DNA of 64,000 nucleotides from an uncultured Chloroflexia bacterium (GTDB lineage Bacteria > Chloroflexota > Limnocylindria > Limnocylindrales > CSP1-4), in NCBI GenBank assembly GCA_963729175.1, contig CAVSMY010000010.1, positions 491,262 through 555,261 on the forward strand, written 5' to 3'. Positions 1 to 12,700 of the stretch are shown piece by piece. Within the stretch, counting starts at the first letter, position 1, and the number at the start of each line of letters is the position of its first letter. Both the position numbers and the translations under genes were made by a program. The notes under the pieces are model-generated. The model did not search any database and was not told where the DNA came from. It saw only the letters and a list, made by a program, of their open reading frames with translations.

Positions 1-1937
<1,937 letters not shown>

Positions 1938-1938
<1 letters not shown>

Positions 1939-3443
1939 CAGGCCGCGCCCGCGATGTCTGCGTCTGCCGTCAGGGCGGCCGGTGCGGTCTCCGGCGAGAC
2001 GGCGGGCGGCGGGACCGCGACCGGCGGCACTGCCGGTGGCGGCGTCCGGCGGACCCGGTTCCGCTCGAAGGCCGCGGTCAGCGCGGGACCGAACGGCGGC
2101 CGCAGCACCCCCTCGTCGGTCATGATCCCGGTGATCAGCTCCGCCGGCGTCACGTCGAAGGAGGGGTTGTAGGCCTCCGTCCCGACCGGGGCGACCTGGT
2201 GGCCGTGGAACTTCGTCACCTCGTCGGGCGAGCGGCGCTCGATCGGGATCGCGGCGCCGTCGGGCGTCTCGAGATCGACCGACGTCAGCGGCGCGCAGAC
2301 GAAGAACGGGACGCCGTGGCGGGCGGCGAGGACGGCCAGCGGATAGGTCCCGACCTTGTTCGCCGTGTCGCCGTTCGCAGCGATCCGGTCCGCCCCGACC
2401 AGGATCGCGTCGACCTTGCCGGCCGCGATGAGCGATCCCGCCGCGACGTCGGCGATCAGCGTGTGGGCGACGCCCGCCTGGGCCAGCTCCCAGGCAGTCA
2501 GCCGAGCGCCCTGGAGATACGGCCTCGTCTCGTCGACCCAGACATGGACGTCCCGGCCCTGGTGGTGGGCGACCTGGATGACCCCGAGCGCCGTCCCGTA
2601 CTGGCCGCAGGCCAGCGGTCCCGTGTTGCAATGGGTCAGCAGCTCGAGCGGCCGTCCGCCGATCGGCGGCAGGACGCTGGCCCCGAAGGTCGCCAGCCGG
2701 CCATGGTCGTCGGTCGCCTCGAACACGATCGCCTGGGCCTCGGCCCACAGGGCGTCGGCGATGACGTCACCGGAGGCATCGAGCCCGCCGACCCCCTCGT
2801 AGCGGGCGAGCATCCGGTCCATCGCCCAGCCGAGGTTGACGGCCGTCGGCCGGGTCTGGCGCAGCCCCGACGCCGCGCCGCGGATCGACGCCTGGCGTGG
2901 GTGGTTCTTCGTGTCCCGCAGACGGTTCGTCGTGAGGGCCAGGCCGATCGCGGCGACCTGGCCGATCGCCGGCGCGCCGCGGACCACCATGTCGCGGATC
3001 GCGTAGGCCACGTCGGCCGCGGAGCGAGCCTCGTACTCGACGAGCTCTCCAGGCAGCCGTCGCTGGTCGATGAGGTACAGGCTGGGGCCGTCCCAGCGGA
3101 ACGCGGTCCGGAAGCCGGTCGGGGCCCCGCCGACGGCCTGCATCTCCGGCTCTGGGCCCGCCGCCAGGCGCGCCGCCCCGCTCTCCGGATCGAGGATCGC
3201 GGCCGCGGCCTCCGCGGTCGAGCGCTGGAGGGCGTTCGCGACGCCCACGACGGTCGCGGCGGTCTGGGCGAGCTCGCCGGCGAACTGACGGAAGAACCGG
3301 CGCCGGGCCAGGTCCGCGCCCTCGGCGGGCGGCGCAGCCGGGGTCTCGGGCGTTGTCGCCGGCCCGGCGGTCGCCGTCGGCCCGGCCTCGGACGACTCGC
3401 CGGCGGTGGTCGGGTCTGGGTTCGGGTCGGCCGGTCCGGTCAT
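1938..3443 (-). CDS. mtnA: S-methyl-5-thioribose-1-phosphate isomerase with N-terminal extension
   Basis: MVVRGAPAIG, RPTAVNL, LTHCNTGPLA, DETRPYLQGARLTAWEL, GADRIAANGDTANKVGTY, NPSFDVTP. Confidence 0.95.
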
Positions 3444-3492
3444 CCGCGGGTCACGCTCGGGCGACGGCGTCTCGACAAGGGTTGCGACGCAT
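3440..3492 (-). other. Two chained minigenes MRRNPCRDAVARA* (3451-3492) and MTRG* (3440-3454) bridging apt to mtnA
   Basis: apt TGA/ATG overlap (TGATG), then GTGA, then ATGA with the mtnA start. Translation is inferred. Confidence 0.5.
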
Positions 3493-4012
3493 CAGTAGCG
3501 GATGACGCTCGTGACCTTGTGGCCCTCGAGGCGTTCGCGGCCCTTGAGGAAGTCGAGCTCCACGAGGAAGGCGAGCCCGGCGATCTCGCCCTGGAGCCGC
3601 TCGACGAGCTCGATCGTGCCCTTGACGGTGCCACCGGTCGCGAGCAGGTCGTCGACGATGAGGACCCGCTGCCCGGGGGCGATCCCGTCGCGATGGATCT
3701 CCAGGGTGTTCGAGCCGTACTCGAGGGCGTACTCGACCGACAGGACCTCCGCTGGCAGCTTGCCGAGCTTGCGGACCGGCACGAGCCCGGCGTCGAGCTG
3801 GTAGGCCATCGGGGCGCTGAAGATGAAGCCGCGGGATTCCATCCCGACGACGATGTCGACCTTGTCGTCCTTGTATGGCGCGAGCATCAGGTCGATCGCT
3901 TCCTTGAACGCCGGGCCGTCCTTCAGAAGCGTCGTGATGTCGTAGAAGAGGATGCCGGGCTTGGGGAAGTCGGGATCTCGCGGATCCGTGCACGCAGGTC
4001 CTCGGCGGACAT
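3492..4012 (-). CDS. apt: Adenine phosphoribosyltransferase (1-nt frameshift near 3972)
   Basis: ATG 4012 after GGAGG gives MSAEDLRARIREI; the next frame gives PDFPKPGILFYDITTLL...ESRGF...RKLGKLP...VDDLLATGGT. Span is 521 nt, one short of a codon multiple. Confidence 0.93.
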
Positions 4013-4182
4013 CGGTCGGGGTCCCTCCGGGTCGAACGGTCTCGATCGGTTCGGTGATCGTGGGGGCGGGACGGTCGCGCGCGCAGGCCGTTCTCGCGGA
4101 CGGTCAGTCTACTCGTCCGGACCGTCCGTGAGGAGCCTCTCCTCCGGCCCGCGACGTCGCCCGCGAGCACGAAGGGTGAGGG

Positions 4183-5640
4183 TCAGCCGGCTCGTGCGAC
4201 GGGGACCTGCTCCTCGTCGAGCGGGACGCCCGTCGTCGCGGGCGCCGGCCGCCGTCCGAGCCGGGTGCTGGCGATCGCGCCGAGGGCGAGGACGACCGTC
4301 CCGAGCGTGAAGGTTGCCGCGACGCCGTTCGCCTCCGGCGCCCCGCTCCGGATCGCGGCGGCGATGAGCGCGCCGCCGAGACCCGCTCCGAGGGCGGTCC
4401 CGATCGTGTCCGAGAGCTGGAGGCCGGACGTGGCGGCTCCTTGCGTCTCGGGCGGCGCCTCGCGCAGGACGACGATCGAGAGCGGCGAGTAGGACAGGCC
4501 CATCCCGAAGCCGGCGATGCCCCAGGTCACGATCGCCAGCTCCCACGGGATCCCAGGGGCGAGGACGGCGATCGTCGTCCCGAGCCCGATCGCGACCGTG
4601 GCGAACCCGACGCCGACGAAGCGGCGCGCCCCGAACCGGCCGAGGAACCGGGCCTGGACCCACGCCCCGCCGGTCCAGGTGAGCGTCGCGGAGGTCAGCA
4701 CCACGCCGGCCTCGATGGCGCTCGTGCCCTTCACGTCGATAAGCAGCAGCGAGACGTAGGCGTCCGCGGCGAAGAACCCGAACGTGAGGATCCCGCGCAG
4801 CCCGACCGCCGCCGGCAGCCCACGCGCCAGCCGGAGCGTGCCCGTCGGGACGAGCCGGATGAACGCCGGCAGCGCGATCGCCGCGCCGAGGACCGCCAGA
4901 CCGGCGATGAGGACGGGCTCCCCGGACGTGAGCCCGGCCATCAGGATGCCGACGCCGAGCGCGAGAAGGAGCGCCAGCGGGGCTCGCCGGCGCGCCTCCG
5001 CGCTCTGGTGCTCGCTCGGCGCGCCGTGCGGCACGGTGGCGATCGCCCGAAGCGTGATCGCGCCGGCGATGGCGATGAGCGGCAGCAGCCCGAGGAAGAC
5101 CCAGCGCCAGCCGACCGTCTCGCCGATGAGCCCGGCGATCGCCGGTCCGATGAGCCCGGGGATGACCCAGGCGGTCGAGAGGACCGCGAACATCCTGGGT
5201 CGCAGCCGGTCGGGCAGGGTCCGGGCGATCGCGACATAGGCGGTCGGTGGGACGGCGCCGAAGCCCAGGCCCTGGATGAACCGCCCGACGATGAGGACGG
5301 GCATCGACGGCGCGAGCCCGCCGATCAGCAAGCCCGTCGCGAAGAGCCCGAGCCCGAGTGCGAGCGGTCGTCGGAGCCCGCCGCGGTCGATGAGCCCGCC
5401 GACGAGCACGATGCCGATGAGCGAGCCGAGGAAGAACGCCGTGAAGACCCAGCCATAGAGGGTCTTGTCGCCGAGCTCATCGGCGACGAGCGGCATCACG
5501 GTGCCGATCGCGAGGGCCTCGGACGCGACGAGGGTGATGGTCAGGACGAGGCCGATCGTCAGCGCGCGACGGGGTGGCGCAAGCAGCCCGTCGCGGGCGT
5601 CGTCGCGCGGCGGATCGATGGCGGTCGGCGGGTCGGTCAC
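4183..5640 (-). CDS. MFS transporter (drug:H+ antiporter-like)
   Basis: About 14 hydrophobic segments; GGLIDRGGLRR, GRFIQGLG, GPAIAG, GWRWVF. Confidence 0.92.
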   Translation of the reverse strand: MTDPPTAIDPPRDDARDGLLAPPRRALTIGLVLTITLVASEALAIGTVMPLVADELGDKTLYGWVFTAFFLGSLIGIVLVGGLIDRGGLRRPLALGLGLFATGLLIGGLAPSMPVLIVGRFIQGLGFGAVPPTAYVAIARTLPDRLRPRMFAVLSTAWVIPGLIGPAIAGLIGETVGWRWVFLGLLPLIAIAGAITLRAIATVPHGAPSEHQSAEARRRAPLALLLALGVGILMAGLTSGEPVLIAGLAVLGAAIALPAFIRLVPTGTLRLARGLPAAVGLRGILTFGFFAADAYVSLLLIDVKGTSAIEAGVVLTSATLTWTGGAWVQARFLGRFGARRFVGVGFATVAIGLGTTIAVLAPGIPWELAIVTWGIAGFGMGLSYSPLSIVVLREAPPETQGAATSGLQLSDTIGTALGAGLGGALIAAAIRSGAPEANGVAATFTLGTVVLALGAIASTRLGRRPAPATTGVPLDEEQVPVARAG

Positions 5641-5695
5641 GGCGTGGCGGCCAGGTCGATCACGGCAGGGCGGCGAGGGCGGTCAGCGCGGTCAC
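5637..5695 (-). other. Two chained minigenes MTALTALAALP* (5660-5695) and MIDLAATP* (5637-5663) bridging VOC to MFS
   Basis: Three successive in-register GTGA overlaps at 5692-5695, 5660-5663 and 5637-5640. Confidence 0.5.
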
Positions 5696-6123
5696 GGGAT
5701 CGTGACCCGGCCGTCGGCATCGAGCGGGAAGAACGGGTTGTGGGCGACCTCCCAGGGATGGCCGTCCGGGTCGGCGAAGTAGCCGGACAGGCCGCCCCAG
5801 TCGGCGCGCGTCGCGGGCTTGAGGATCCGCCCGCCGGCGGCCTCGGCCGCCGCAAGACCGGCCCCGACCTCGTCCTCGGTCGCGACGTTCATCGCCAGGG
5901 TGATGCCGCCGAACGACTGCGGCCCCGGATCGGCGACGTTGGCATCGGCGGCGAGATCCGCCCGTCCGAAGATGCCGATGTACGAGCCGGTCATCCGGAA
6001 CCAGGCGATCTCGTCCTGGGAGGAGCTGCAGCGCTCCCAGCCGAGGGCCTCGTAGAAGGCGACCGACCGGGCGACGTCGGCGACGCCCAGGGTGACGATG
6101 CTGAGGCGAGCGGGGAGCGGCAT
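5692..6123 (-). CDS. VOC/glyoxalase family protein
   Basis: LSIVTLGVADVARSVAFYEALGW...WGGLSGYFADPDGHPWEVAHNP; GGAGG SD. Confidence 0.93.
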   Translation of the reverse strand: MPLPARLSIVTLGVADVARSVAFYEALGWERCSSSQDEIAWFRMTGSYIGIFGRADLAADANVADPGPQSFGGITLAMNVATEDEVGAGLAAAEAAGGRILKPATRADWGGLSGYFADPDGHPWEVAHNPFFPLDADGRVTIP

Positions 6124-6136
6124 GGGTCGTCCTCCG

Positions 6137-7114
6137 TCAGGTGCCGGCCAGGCGCTCGACGACCGGGGCCAGGTCGTCGATCGAGCCGGTGAGGAACGAG
6201 CTCACGCCGAGTCGCTGGCGGAGCATCCGGAACTTCTCGGTCAGCCCGTCGATCGAGCCGATGTAGATGTGCGGCGAATTGAGGAGGCCATCCTCGGTCA
6301 CCTCGATGCCCGTCCGGGTCTTGAACCGGTCGACGACCTTGCGGACCTCTGCCCGGGCGTGGTCGGTCACGATGATCGGCGAGCCGGACGGATAGACGTT
6401 GATCTCGAGCTCGGCATAGCGCTGCTCCCCGGCGGCTTCACGGACCCATCCGAGCTTCTCCTCGGCGGCCTCGATCGTCAGGCTGCGGGGGTCCGCCCGC
6501 GGCTGGCGCTGATCGCCGGGGACGAGGCGTGGCGCGAGCCCCACGATGTCCGCCTCGCGACCCGCGAGGGTCAGCGTCCGCTTCCCGCCACCCCCGATGA
6601 GGAACGGCGGATGGGGCCGCTGGACGGGCTTGGGCAGCCCATCGTGGTCGGTGATCGTGAAGTGCTCGCCCTGGAAGGAGAACGGGCCGTCGGCGAAGCA
6701 GCCCTTGAGGACCGCCATCGCCTCGGCGAGGCGAGAGACCCGCGTCCCGACCGCCTCGAACGCGAGCCCGATCGCGTCGTACTCCGGCCGGTTCCAGCCG
6801 GCGCCCATCCCGATGTCGAGGCGACCGCCTGACAGGCGGTCGAGCGTCGCCAGGTCCTGGGCCAGGACGGCCGGATGTCGCAGGTCGTTGTTGACGACGA
6901 ACGGCGCCAGTCGGATCCGCTCGGTCGCGGCGGCCACGTGGGAGAGCAGCGGGATCGGTGCGTACTGGTCGACGAGATGGTCCGGGATGATCAGCCCGGT
7001 GTAGCCCATCGACTCGGCCCGACGAGCCTCGGAGGCGACGACCTCCGGGTCGACGATCCCCTCGACCGCGTCGGCGAGGAACCGGAACGGGCGGGGATGC
7101 GCGGGATCGGGCAC
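6137..7114 (-). CDS. LLM-class, probably F420-dependent, oxidoreductase
   Basis: PDHL, LRHPAVLAQDLATLDRLSGGRLDIGMGAGW, PKPVQRPHPPFLIGGGG. Confidence 0.9.
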   Translation of the reverse strand: MPDPAHPRPFRFLADAVEGIVDPEVVASEARRAESMGYTGLIIPDHLVDQYAPIPLLSHVAAATERIRLAPFVVNNDLRHPAVLAQDLATLDRLSGGRLDIGMGAGWNRPEYDAIGLAFEAVGTRVSRLAEAMAVLKGCFADGPFSFQGEHFTITDHDGLPKPVQRPHPPFLIGGGGKRTLTLAGREADIVGLAPRLVPGDQRQPRADPRSLTIEAAEEKLGWVREAAGEQRYAELEINVYPSGSPIIVTDHARAEVRKVVDRFKTRTGIEVTEDGLLNSPHIYIGSIDGLTEKFRMLRQRLGVSSFLTGSIDDLAPVVERLAGT

Positions 7115-7117
7115 GAC

Positions 7118-7318
7118 TCAGTCGAAGTCGAAGATGCCGCGGCCCGCCGAGAACTGGAGGACCAGGCCGCAGTTCCGACAGATCTGGAGCACGAGCTTGT
7201 GGCTCGTGATCCCCCAGCGCGAGTCCATCCGACCCTGCTCACGGTCGAACTCGAGGCCTCCGCACAGGGGACATCGGAGCACCGGCTTGGCCGTCTCCTC
7301 GGCGTGCTCCCAGGTCAT
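7118..7318 (-). CDS. Small zinc-ribbon protein (66 aa)
   Basis: MTWEHAEETAKPVLRCPLCGG...ICRNCG; GGAGG SD. Confidence 0.75.
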   Translation of the reverse strand: MTWEHAEETAKPVLRCPLCGGLEFDREQGRMDSRWGITSHKLVLQICRNCGLVLQFSAGRGIFDFD

Positions 7319-7407
7319 CGGTCCCTCCGTTTCTCGGACGCGGACCGCGTCGGCGCGGTCACGGGCGACCGCGCTCCGACCTCGGTCCGCGGTGTCGCGG
7401 GTGATGA

Positions 7408-7436
7408 AGAAGCCCCCGGCACAGCCGAGGGCTTCT
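7408..7436 (-). terminator. Intrinsic terminator after the cold-shock gene
   Basis: AGAAGCCCTCGGC-TGT-GCCGGGGGCTTCT hairpin 22 nt after the stop. Confidence 0.7.
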
Positions 7437-7458
7437 GTCTTGGCGAGGTGTCCGACGC

Positions 7459-7680
7459 TCAGCCGGCGGCGACGCCGTTGGCGGCTCGGACGCCCGTTGC
7501 GCGGGGCCCCTTGGGGCTCTGCTCGACCTCGAACTCGACCTGCTCGCCGCCGAAGAGGCGATCGAAGTCGAGCGAGGCCTGCAGCCCGCTGCGATGGAAG
7601 AAGTAGTCCTTGCCGTCCTCGGCGGTGATGAAGCCGAAGCCGCGGTCGGACACAACCTTCTTGATGGTACCGGTGGCCAC
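7459..7680 (-). CDS. Cold-shock domain protein
   Basis: GTG start with GGAGG SD; MATGTIKKVVSDRGFGFI...DYFFHRS...VEFEVEQSPKGPRA. Confidence 0.95.
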   Translation of the reverse strand: MATGTIKKVVSDRGFGFITAEDGKDYFFHRSGLQASLDFDRLFGGEQVEFEVEQSPKGPRATGVRAANGVAAG

Positions 7681-7899
7681 TGTGGGACCTCCCATCTCTT
7701 CTCGAAAACAAACTGCACGCACGGCCCTTGCGAGAAGAGGGGTCGACCACGCGGAGCACCACCGGGCGATCCGGCAGTCCACGCAGTGTACCGCCTCTTG
7801 TCACGGCTGTGGAGTGTGCGGACGGGCCGTCGTTCGGCCGGGCCCGGACATGGACATCCGTCGATATCCAGGCTGCTCGCGGGCCTGCAGGATCGGGGT

Positions 7900-8091
7900 A
7901 TGAACGCATTCGCCGCCCTCGTCATCGCCGACGCCGTCCTGGCGGAGCCGCATCCGTCGCAGCTGCCGCATCCGGCCACCCGCACCGCCCGCCGCAGCCT
8001 GGGCGATCGCCTGTCCGAGGCGCTCCGCCGGCTCAGCCCCGGGACCCGGGCCGGCCGCCGCGACGGACTGTCGGGCTCGGCCGCCAGCTGA
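7900..8091 (+). CDS. Small hypothetical protein (63 aa)
   Basis: MNAFAALVIADAVLAEPHP...; fills the gap between csp and ridA with GC-rich third positions. Confidence 0.45.
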   Translation: MNAFAALVIADAVLAEPHPSQLPHPATRTARRSLGDRLSEALRRLSPGTRAGRRDGLSGSAAS

Positions 8092-8182
8092 TGCATCCCC
8101 CGACCAGGACCTTCCGCGCCTCCACTCGGCCGACGCACACCGACGCCCTCGGTCTGCGCGCCCAGAACGCGGACCGCCGAGG

Positions 8183-8587
8183 TCAGTCTCCGCGGAGCGG
8201 GCTGTCGGCGGGCAGGCTCGCGATCGAGTCGATCTCGACCGCCGCGCCGAGCGCCAGCTTGACCCCGCCGACCGTGATCCGCGCCGGCGGATCCGCGCCG
8301 ATCACCGCGAGGTAGACCTCGTTCATCGCGCTGAAATCGCTGATGTCGGCGAGGTAGACGGTGACCTTCGCGAGATCGGCGGTCGTCGCGCCGCACGCCG
8401 CCAGGACCGTCAGGATGTTCTGGAGCGCGAGGCGAGTCTGGGCGGTGACGCCGCCCTCGACGAGCACGACCTCGTCTCCCCGCGTCCCGAGCATCCCTGA
8501 GATGAAGATCAGGTCGCCCGTCACGACGGCGTGACTGAAGGCCGGCAACCGGGCGAGACCCGGCACGTTGAGCCGCCGCGCCGTCAT
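8183..8587 (-). CDS. RidA/YjgF family protein
   Basis: FSHAV, IFISG, QTRLALQNI, DFSAMNEVY, PPARITV, AVEID. Confidence 0.92.
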   Translation of the reverse strand: MTARRLNVPGLARLPAFSHAVVTGDLIFISGMLGTRGDEVVLVEGGVTAQTRLALQNILTVLAACGATTADLAKVTVYLADISDFSAMNEVYLAVIGADPPARITVGGVKLALGAAVEIDSIASLPADSPLRGD

Positions 8588-9519
8588 CGGACCATCTCGA
8601 GGACCCGGCCGGCCATCGCGATGAGCTCGGGCGACGACAGCATCGGGTTGTTGAAGGTGAAGCCGGTGAATCCGGCGTCGATGTAGGGCCTGAGGGCCTC
8701 GGCCGCCTGCTCCTCGGAGGTCGCGACCGCGCCACGCCGCTCGGGCGGCAGGCGCGCGAGGAGCGCGACACCGTCGGCATCGTCGAGGGCCAGGAGGACC
8801 GGGGTGGCCATCGTCCGCTCGATCGTCGAGGGATCGCGCCCGACCTCCTCGCAGTGCCGCATCAGCACCTCCGTCTTGTGGCGGAGGGTCTCGAGCCCGA
8901 GCGGGAACCAGTGGGTCATGTCGGCGTGTCGCGCCGCGATCCGGAGCGTCCGCTGCTCGCCGCCACCGCCGACCAGGATGCGCGGGCCGCCCGGCTGGAT
9001 CGGCCGCGGGACGTCGAGCGCCTCCTCGATGCGGTAGTAGCGACCCTCGAACGTCGGCCGGTCCTCGGTGAACATCGCCCGACAGATCGTCAGCGCCTCC
9101 TCAAGACGGTCCATCCGCTCGCGGATCGGCGGAAAGTCGAAGCCGTATCCCCGATGCTCGTCCTCGTTCCAAGCCGCCCCGAGCCCGAGGAGCGCGCGCC
9201 CGCCCGACAGGACGTCGAGGGTCGTCACGAGCTTCGCGAGGTACGCCGGGTTGCGGTACGTCACGCCGCTCACGAGGCTCCCCAGACGGACCGACGAGGT
9301 CCGCTGGCTCAGGGCGGCGAGCGTCGAGTACGCCTCGAGCATCGGATCGGTCTCGGGTCCCACGCCGCGGATCTGATAGAAGTGGTCCATGACCGTCACG
9401 AGGCTGAAGCCGGCCGCCTCCGCGGCATCGGTCAGCGCGACGACTCGCTCGAAGATGCGGTCGGGCGGGGTGTCGGGGAACGTGTAGTTCGGAAGGTGCA
9501 GGCCGAACCAGATCGTCAT
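8584..9519 (-). CDS. LLM-class F420-dependent oxidoreductase
   Basis: MTIWFGLHLPNY...VMDHFYQI...MLEAYSTLAAL...GVTYRNPAYLAK...GLGAAWNEDEH. Confidence 0.92.
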   Translation of the reverse strand: MTIWFGLHLPNYTFPDTPPDRIFERVVALTDAAEAAGFSLVTVMDHFYQIRGVGPETDPMLEAYSTLAALSQRTSSVRLGSLVSGVTYRNPAYLAKLVTTLDVLSGGRALLGLGAAWNEDEHRGYGFDFPPIRERMDRLEEALTICRAMFTEDRPTFEGRYYRIEEALDVPRPIQPGGPRILVGGGGEQRTLRIAARHADMTHWFPLGLETLRHKTEVLMRHCEEVGRDPSTIERTMATPVLLALDDADGVALLARLPPERRGAVATSEEQAAEALRPYIDAGFTGFTFNNPMLSSPELIAMAGRVLEMVR

Positions 9520-9746
9520 CAGGGGCTCCGGATGCGCGGGACTCCGCCACGAGGGCGGTCTGCGCCTGACTGTACGCCCGCAGGCTCGGGCCCGCGGCGC
9601 GGGCGGGCTCCCTGGGACGAGCCGAGGCCACACGAGCCGCCGATCGGCGGAGTCGGCCGGACAGCACACCTGACCGTGGCCCGACACCCACGCTGGACGA
9701 GGCTGCGTACACTGCGGGCGACATTCGCGTGGGAGCGAGGGGGGTC

Positions 9747-12700
9747 GTGACAGACGCTGGCTTGACGCCGCCGCCGGCAGGACCCGAGGGTCCTGTATCG
9801 CCCCGCCCCGATGCGGAGTCGGTCGTCACCCAGGATGCGGCGTCTGACGACACGCCCGATCCGGCGTCGTCGCCCCAGACCGAGCTGCGGACGTTCCTCA
9901 TCGCCGACATCCGTGGCTACACGATCTACACCCGCGAGAACGGCGACGAGGCGGCCGCCGCGCTGGCCGAGCGGTTCGCCGAGCTCGTGGCCGAGATCGT
10001 CACCGCCCGCGAGGGCTTCCTCCTGGAGCTGCGCGGCGACGAGGCTCTCGTCGTCTTCGTCTCGGCGCGCAAGGCGCTCCGGGCAGCGATCGACCTCCAG
10101 GCGCGGTTCGCCGAGGCCCAGCTGCCGCGCGGTGTCGGAATCGGACTCGACGCCGGCGAAGCGATCCCGATCAAGGAGGGCTACCGCGGCACCGCGCTGA
10201 ACCTCGCCGCCCGGTTGTGCGCCCAGGCGGGCCCGGGCGAGATCCTGGCCTCGGAGGCGGTCATCCACCTCGCCGCGAAGGTCGACGGCATCTCGTACGT
10301 CGATGCCCGGATGGTCCGCCTGAAGGGCTATGACGAGGCCGTCCGCGCGGTCGCCGTCGTGCCGTCCGACAAGGCCAAGGGTCGACGACTGGCCTCGAGC
10401 GGCCGCGGCGGAGGTCGTCGAAGCCGCTGGCTCGCGATCGCTGGAGCAGCCGCAGCCGTCGTCGCGATCATCGTCGCGGCATCGGCGGGCGGGTTCCTCG
10501 CGGGCCAGGGCAGCGCGTCGGTCACGCCCGTTCCGTCTCCCTCGGCGACGGCCGTCGCCTCGCCGTCACCGAGTCCGGGCACGTTCGCCTCGGCCGAGCT
10601 GCCGGTCCTTGCGTTCTACGACGCGAAGACCGGTGCGTTCGATGGCCAGCTGCCGGTCAGCGCACCGACCCGCGTCGCCGTCTTCGCCGGCGACTCGTTC
10701 TGGCAGGTCAAGTCCGAGCCACCGTCGGTCGATCGGATCGACCCGCAGACCCTGAAGGTCAGCCATACGTACTCGATCCCGGTGTCGCAGCCGCTGGGAT
10801 TCGCGTTCAGCAAGGAAGCCCTCTGGTTCACCGATCGTCGCGGTCCGAACGTCGTCCGGATGGACGCCGGGACCGAGGTCGTCCAGAGCTTCCCGATCGG
10901 CGAGAACGCCGATGACCGAGTCCTTGCGGGTGACATCGTCGTCGGCGGCGGATCGGTCTGGTTCTCGCGGCCGAACGCCAGTCAGATCGTCCGGATGGAT
11001 CCGACGACCGGAAAGATCCTGAAGCGCATCAAGGACGTCGACGCGTTCACCATGGACTACGGCAACGGGGCGGTCTGGTATACGGCGAACGGCAAGGTCG
11101 GACGGATCGATCCGGCGACGAACACCGGCGACCCGCCGATCGAGGTGGATCCCGACGGCATCCTGACGAATATGGCCTTCGCCGGCGGCTTCGAATGGCT
11201 GTCGGACTCCGAGCAAGGGGTCGTGTACAAGCTCGACCGGACGAAGGTCGTCGACACGATCCCGCTTGCGCCCGGCATCTACACGCCCTCGGCGACAGCG
11301 GACAGCGTCTGGCTGTCGAACAGCCGGGACGGGACGTTGACCGGGATCGATGCGCTCACGAACCAGAAGCGGACCATCGACACCCGCCATGCGACGCTGA
11401 GCATCGCGACGAGCGACCACGTGATCATGGCCGCCGTGGGGCCCACGGCGAGCGACGTGCTGAGCCAGATCCCCGGTGACGTCCTCACCCTCGCCGTCCA
11501 GGACATCCCGTGGTTCCCGTCGCCCGACCCGCCGAACAGCTGGGACGAAACGGTCCGTCAGCTCGAGTACGTGACGTGCCTCCAGCTCGTGAACTACCCC
11601 GACGCTCCTGCGCCAGCGGGATGGGACCTGGCGCCGGAAGCGGCCGCGGCGATGCCGACCGTGAGTCCCGACAGCCGGACCTACACCTTCACGATCCGCC
11701 CGGGACTCCAGTTCTCGCCGCCGTCGAACGAGCCGATCACCGCCGAGACATACCGAGCGTCCATCGAGCGGGCCCTCTCGCACGAGCTCGAGGACGGCGC
11801 GCCCGGGCGGTGGTTCCTGCACGACATCGTCGGCGCGGAGGCTTTCAGCGCCGGCACGGTCCAGACGGTGGCCGGTCTCCAGGCCGACGGCGACACCCTG
11901 AAGATCACGCTCGTTGGGCCGTCACCGACGTTCCTCCAGCGCCTCGCTCTGCCGTTCTACTGCCCGGTGCCGCTGGGGACCCCGCCGGCACCCGAGGGGC
12001 TGAATCCGTTCACCCCCGTCGCCGGGTCCGGACCGTACTACCTCGCGACGCAGGTGCGCGACCGGCTGATGGTGTTCAAAAAGAACCCGAACTACCACGG
12101 CGATCGCCCGCAGCCCTTCGACGCGATCGCCGTCCACGAACAGCGGACCTCGAAGGACTACCTTCCGGAGATCAAGGCGGGGACGCTCGATGGCGCCATC
12201 GTGACCGGAGGCGACAGCGTCGTGGGCCCGGGCGGTGCGATCGACGCCGCGTGGGGTGCGGACAGCGAGGCCGGCAAGGCCGGAGATCAGCACTGGTTCG
12301 GTGCCCCGACGACCATGACCGCGTTCTTCGCGCTCAACCCGACCCGACCCGCCTTCAAGGACCCGACCATCCGGGAAGCCGTCGCCCTGGCGCTTGACCG
12401 GAGCGTCCTGGCGGCGATCTGGCCACGGCGGCCGGTGGCCGGCCTGCTCCCGGCGGGAATCGCCGGCGTCGCCGCGGTCCCAGTCCCGAGGCCCGACCTC
12501 GATCTGGCGAAGCAGCTCATGGCTGGGCGGGCCGTCACGGTGACGCTCGGGGCGCAACCTCACGGCCGGTGCACGGTGTGCGACGACGTCTACGCCCAGG
12601 TCGTCAGCGAGCTCGCGGCGATCGGCGTCACCGTGAAGGTGCAGGAAAGCGACGATCCATGGGGTGACGCGACAAGCAAGGGCTCCACCATCGACCTCCT

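Noticed and set aside
4020-4180. Possible SAH/SAM riboswitch ahead of apt-mtnA-ahcY
   Set aside because: No recognisable consensus; only a TAGACT -10 and an SD are visible
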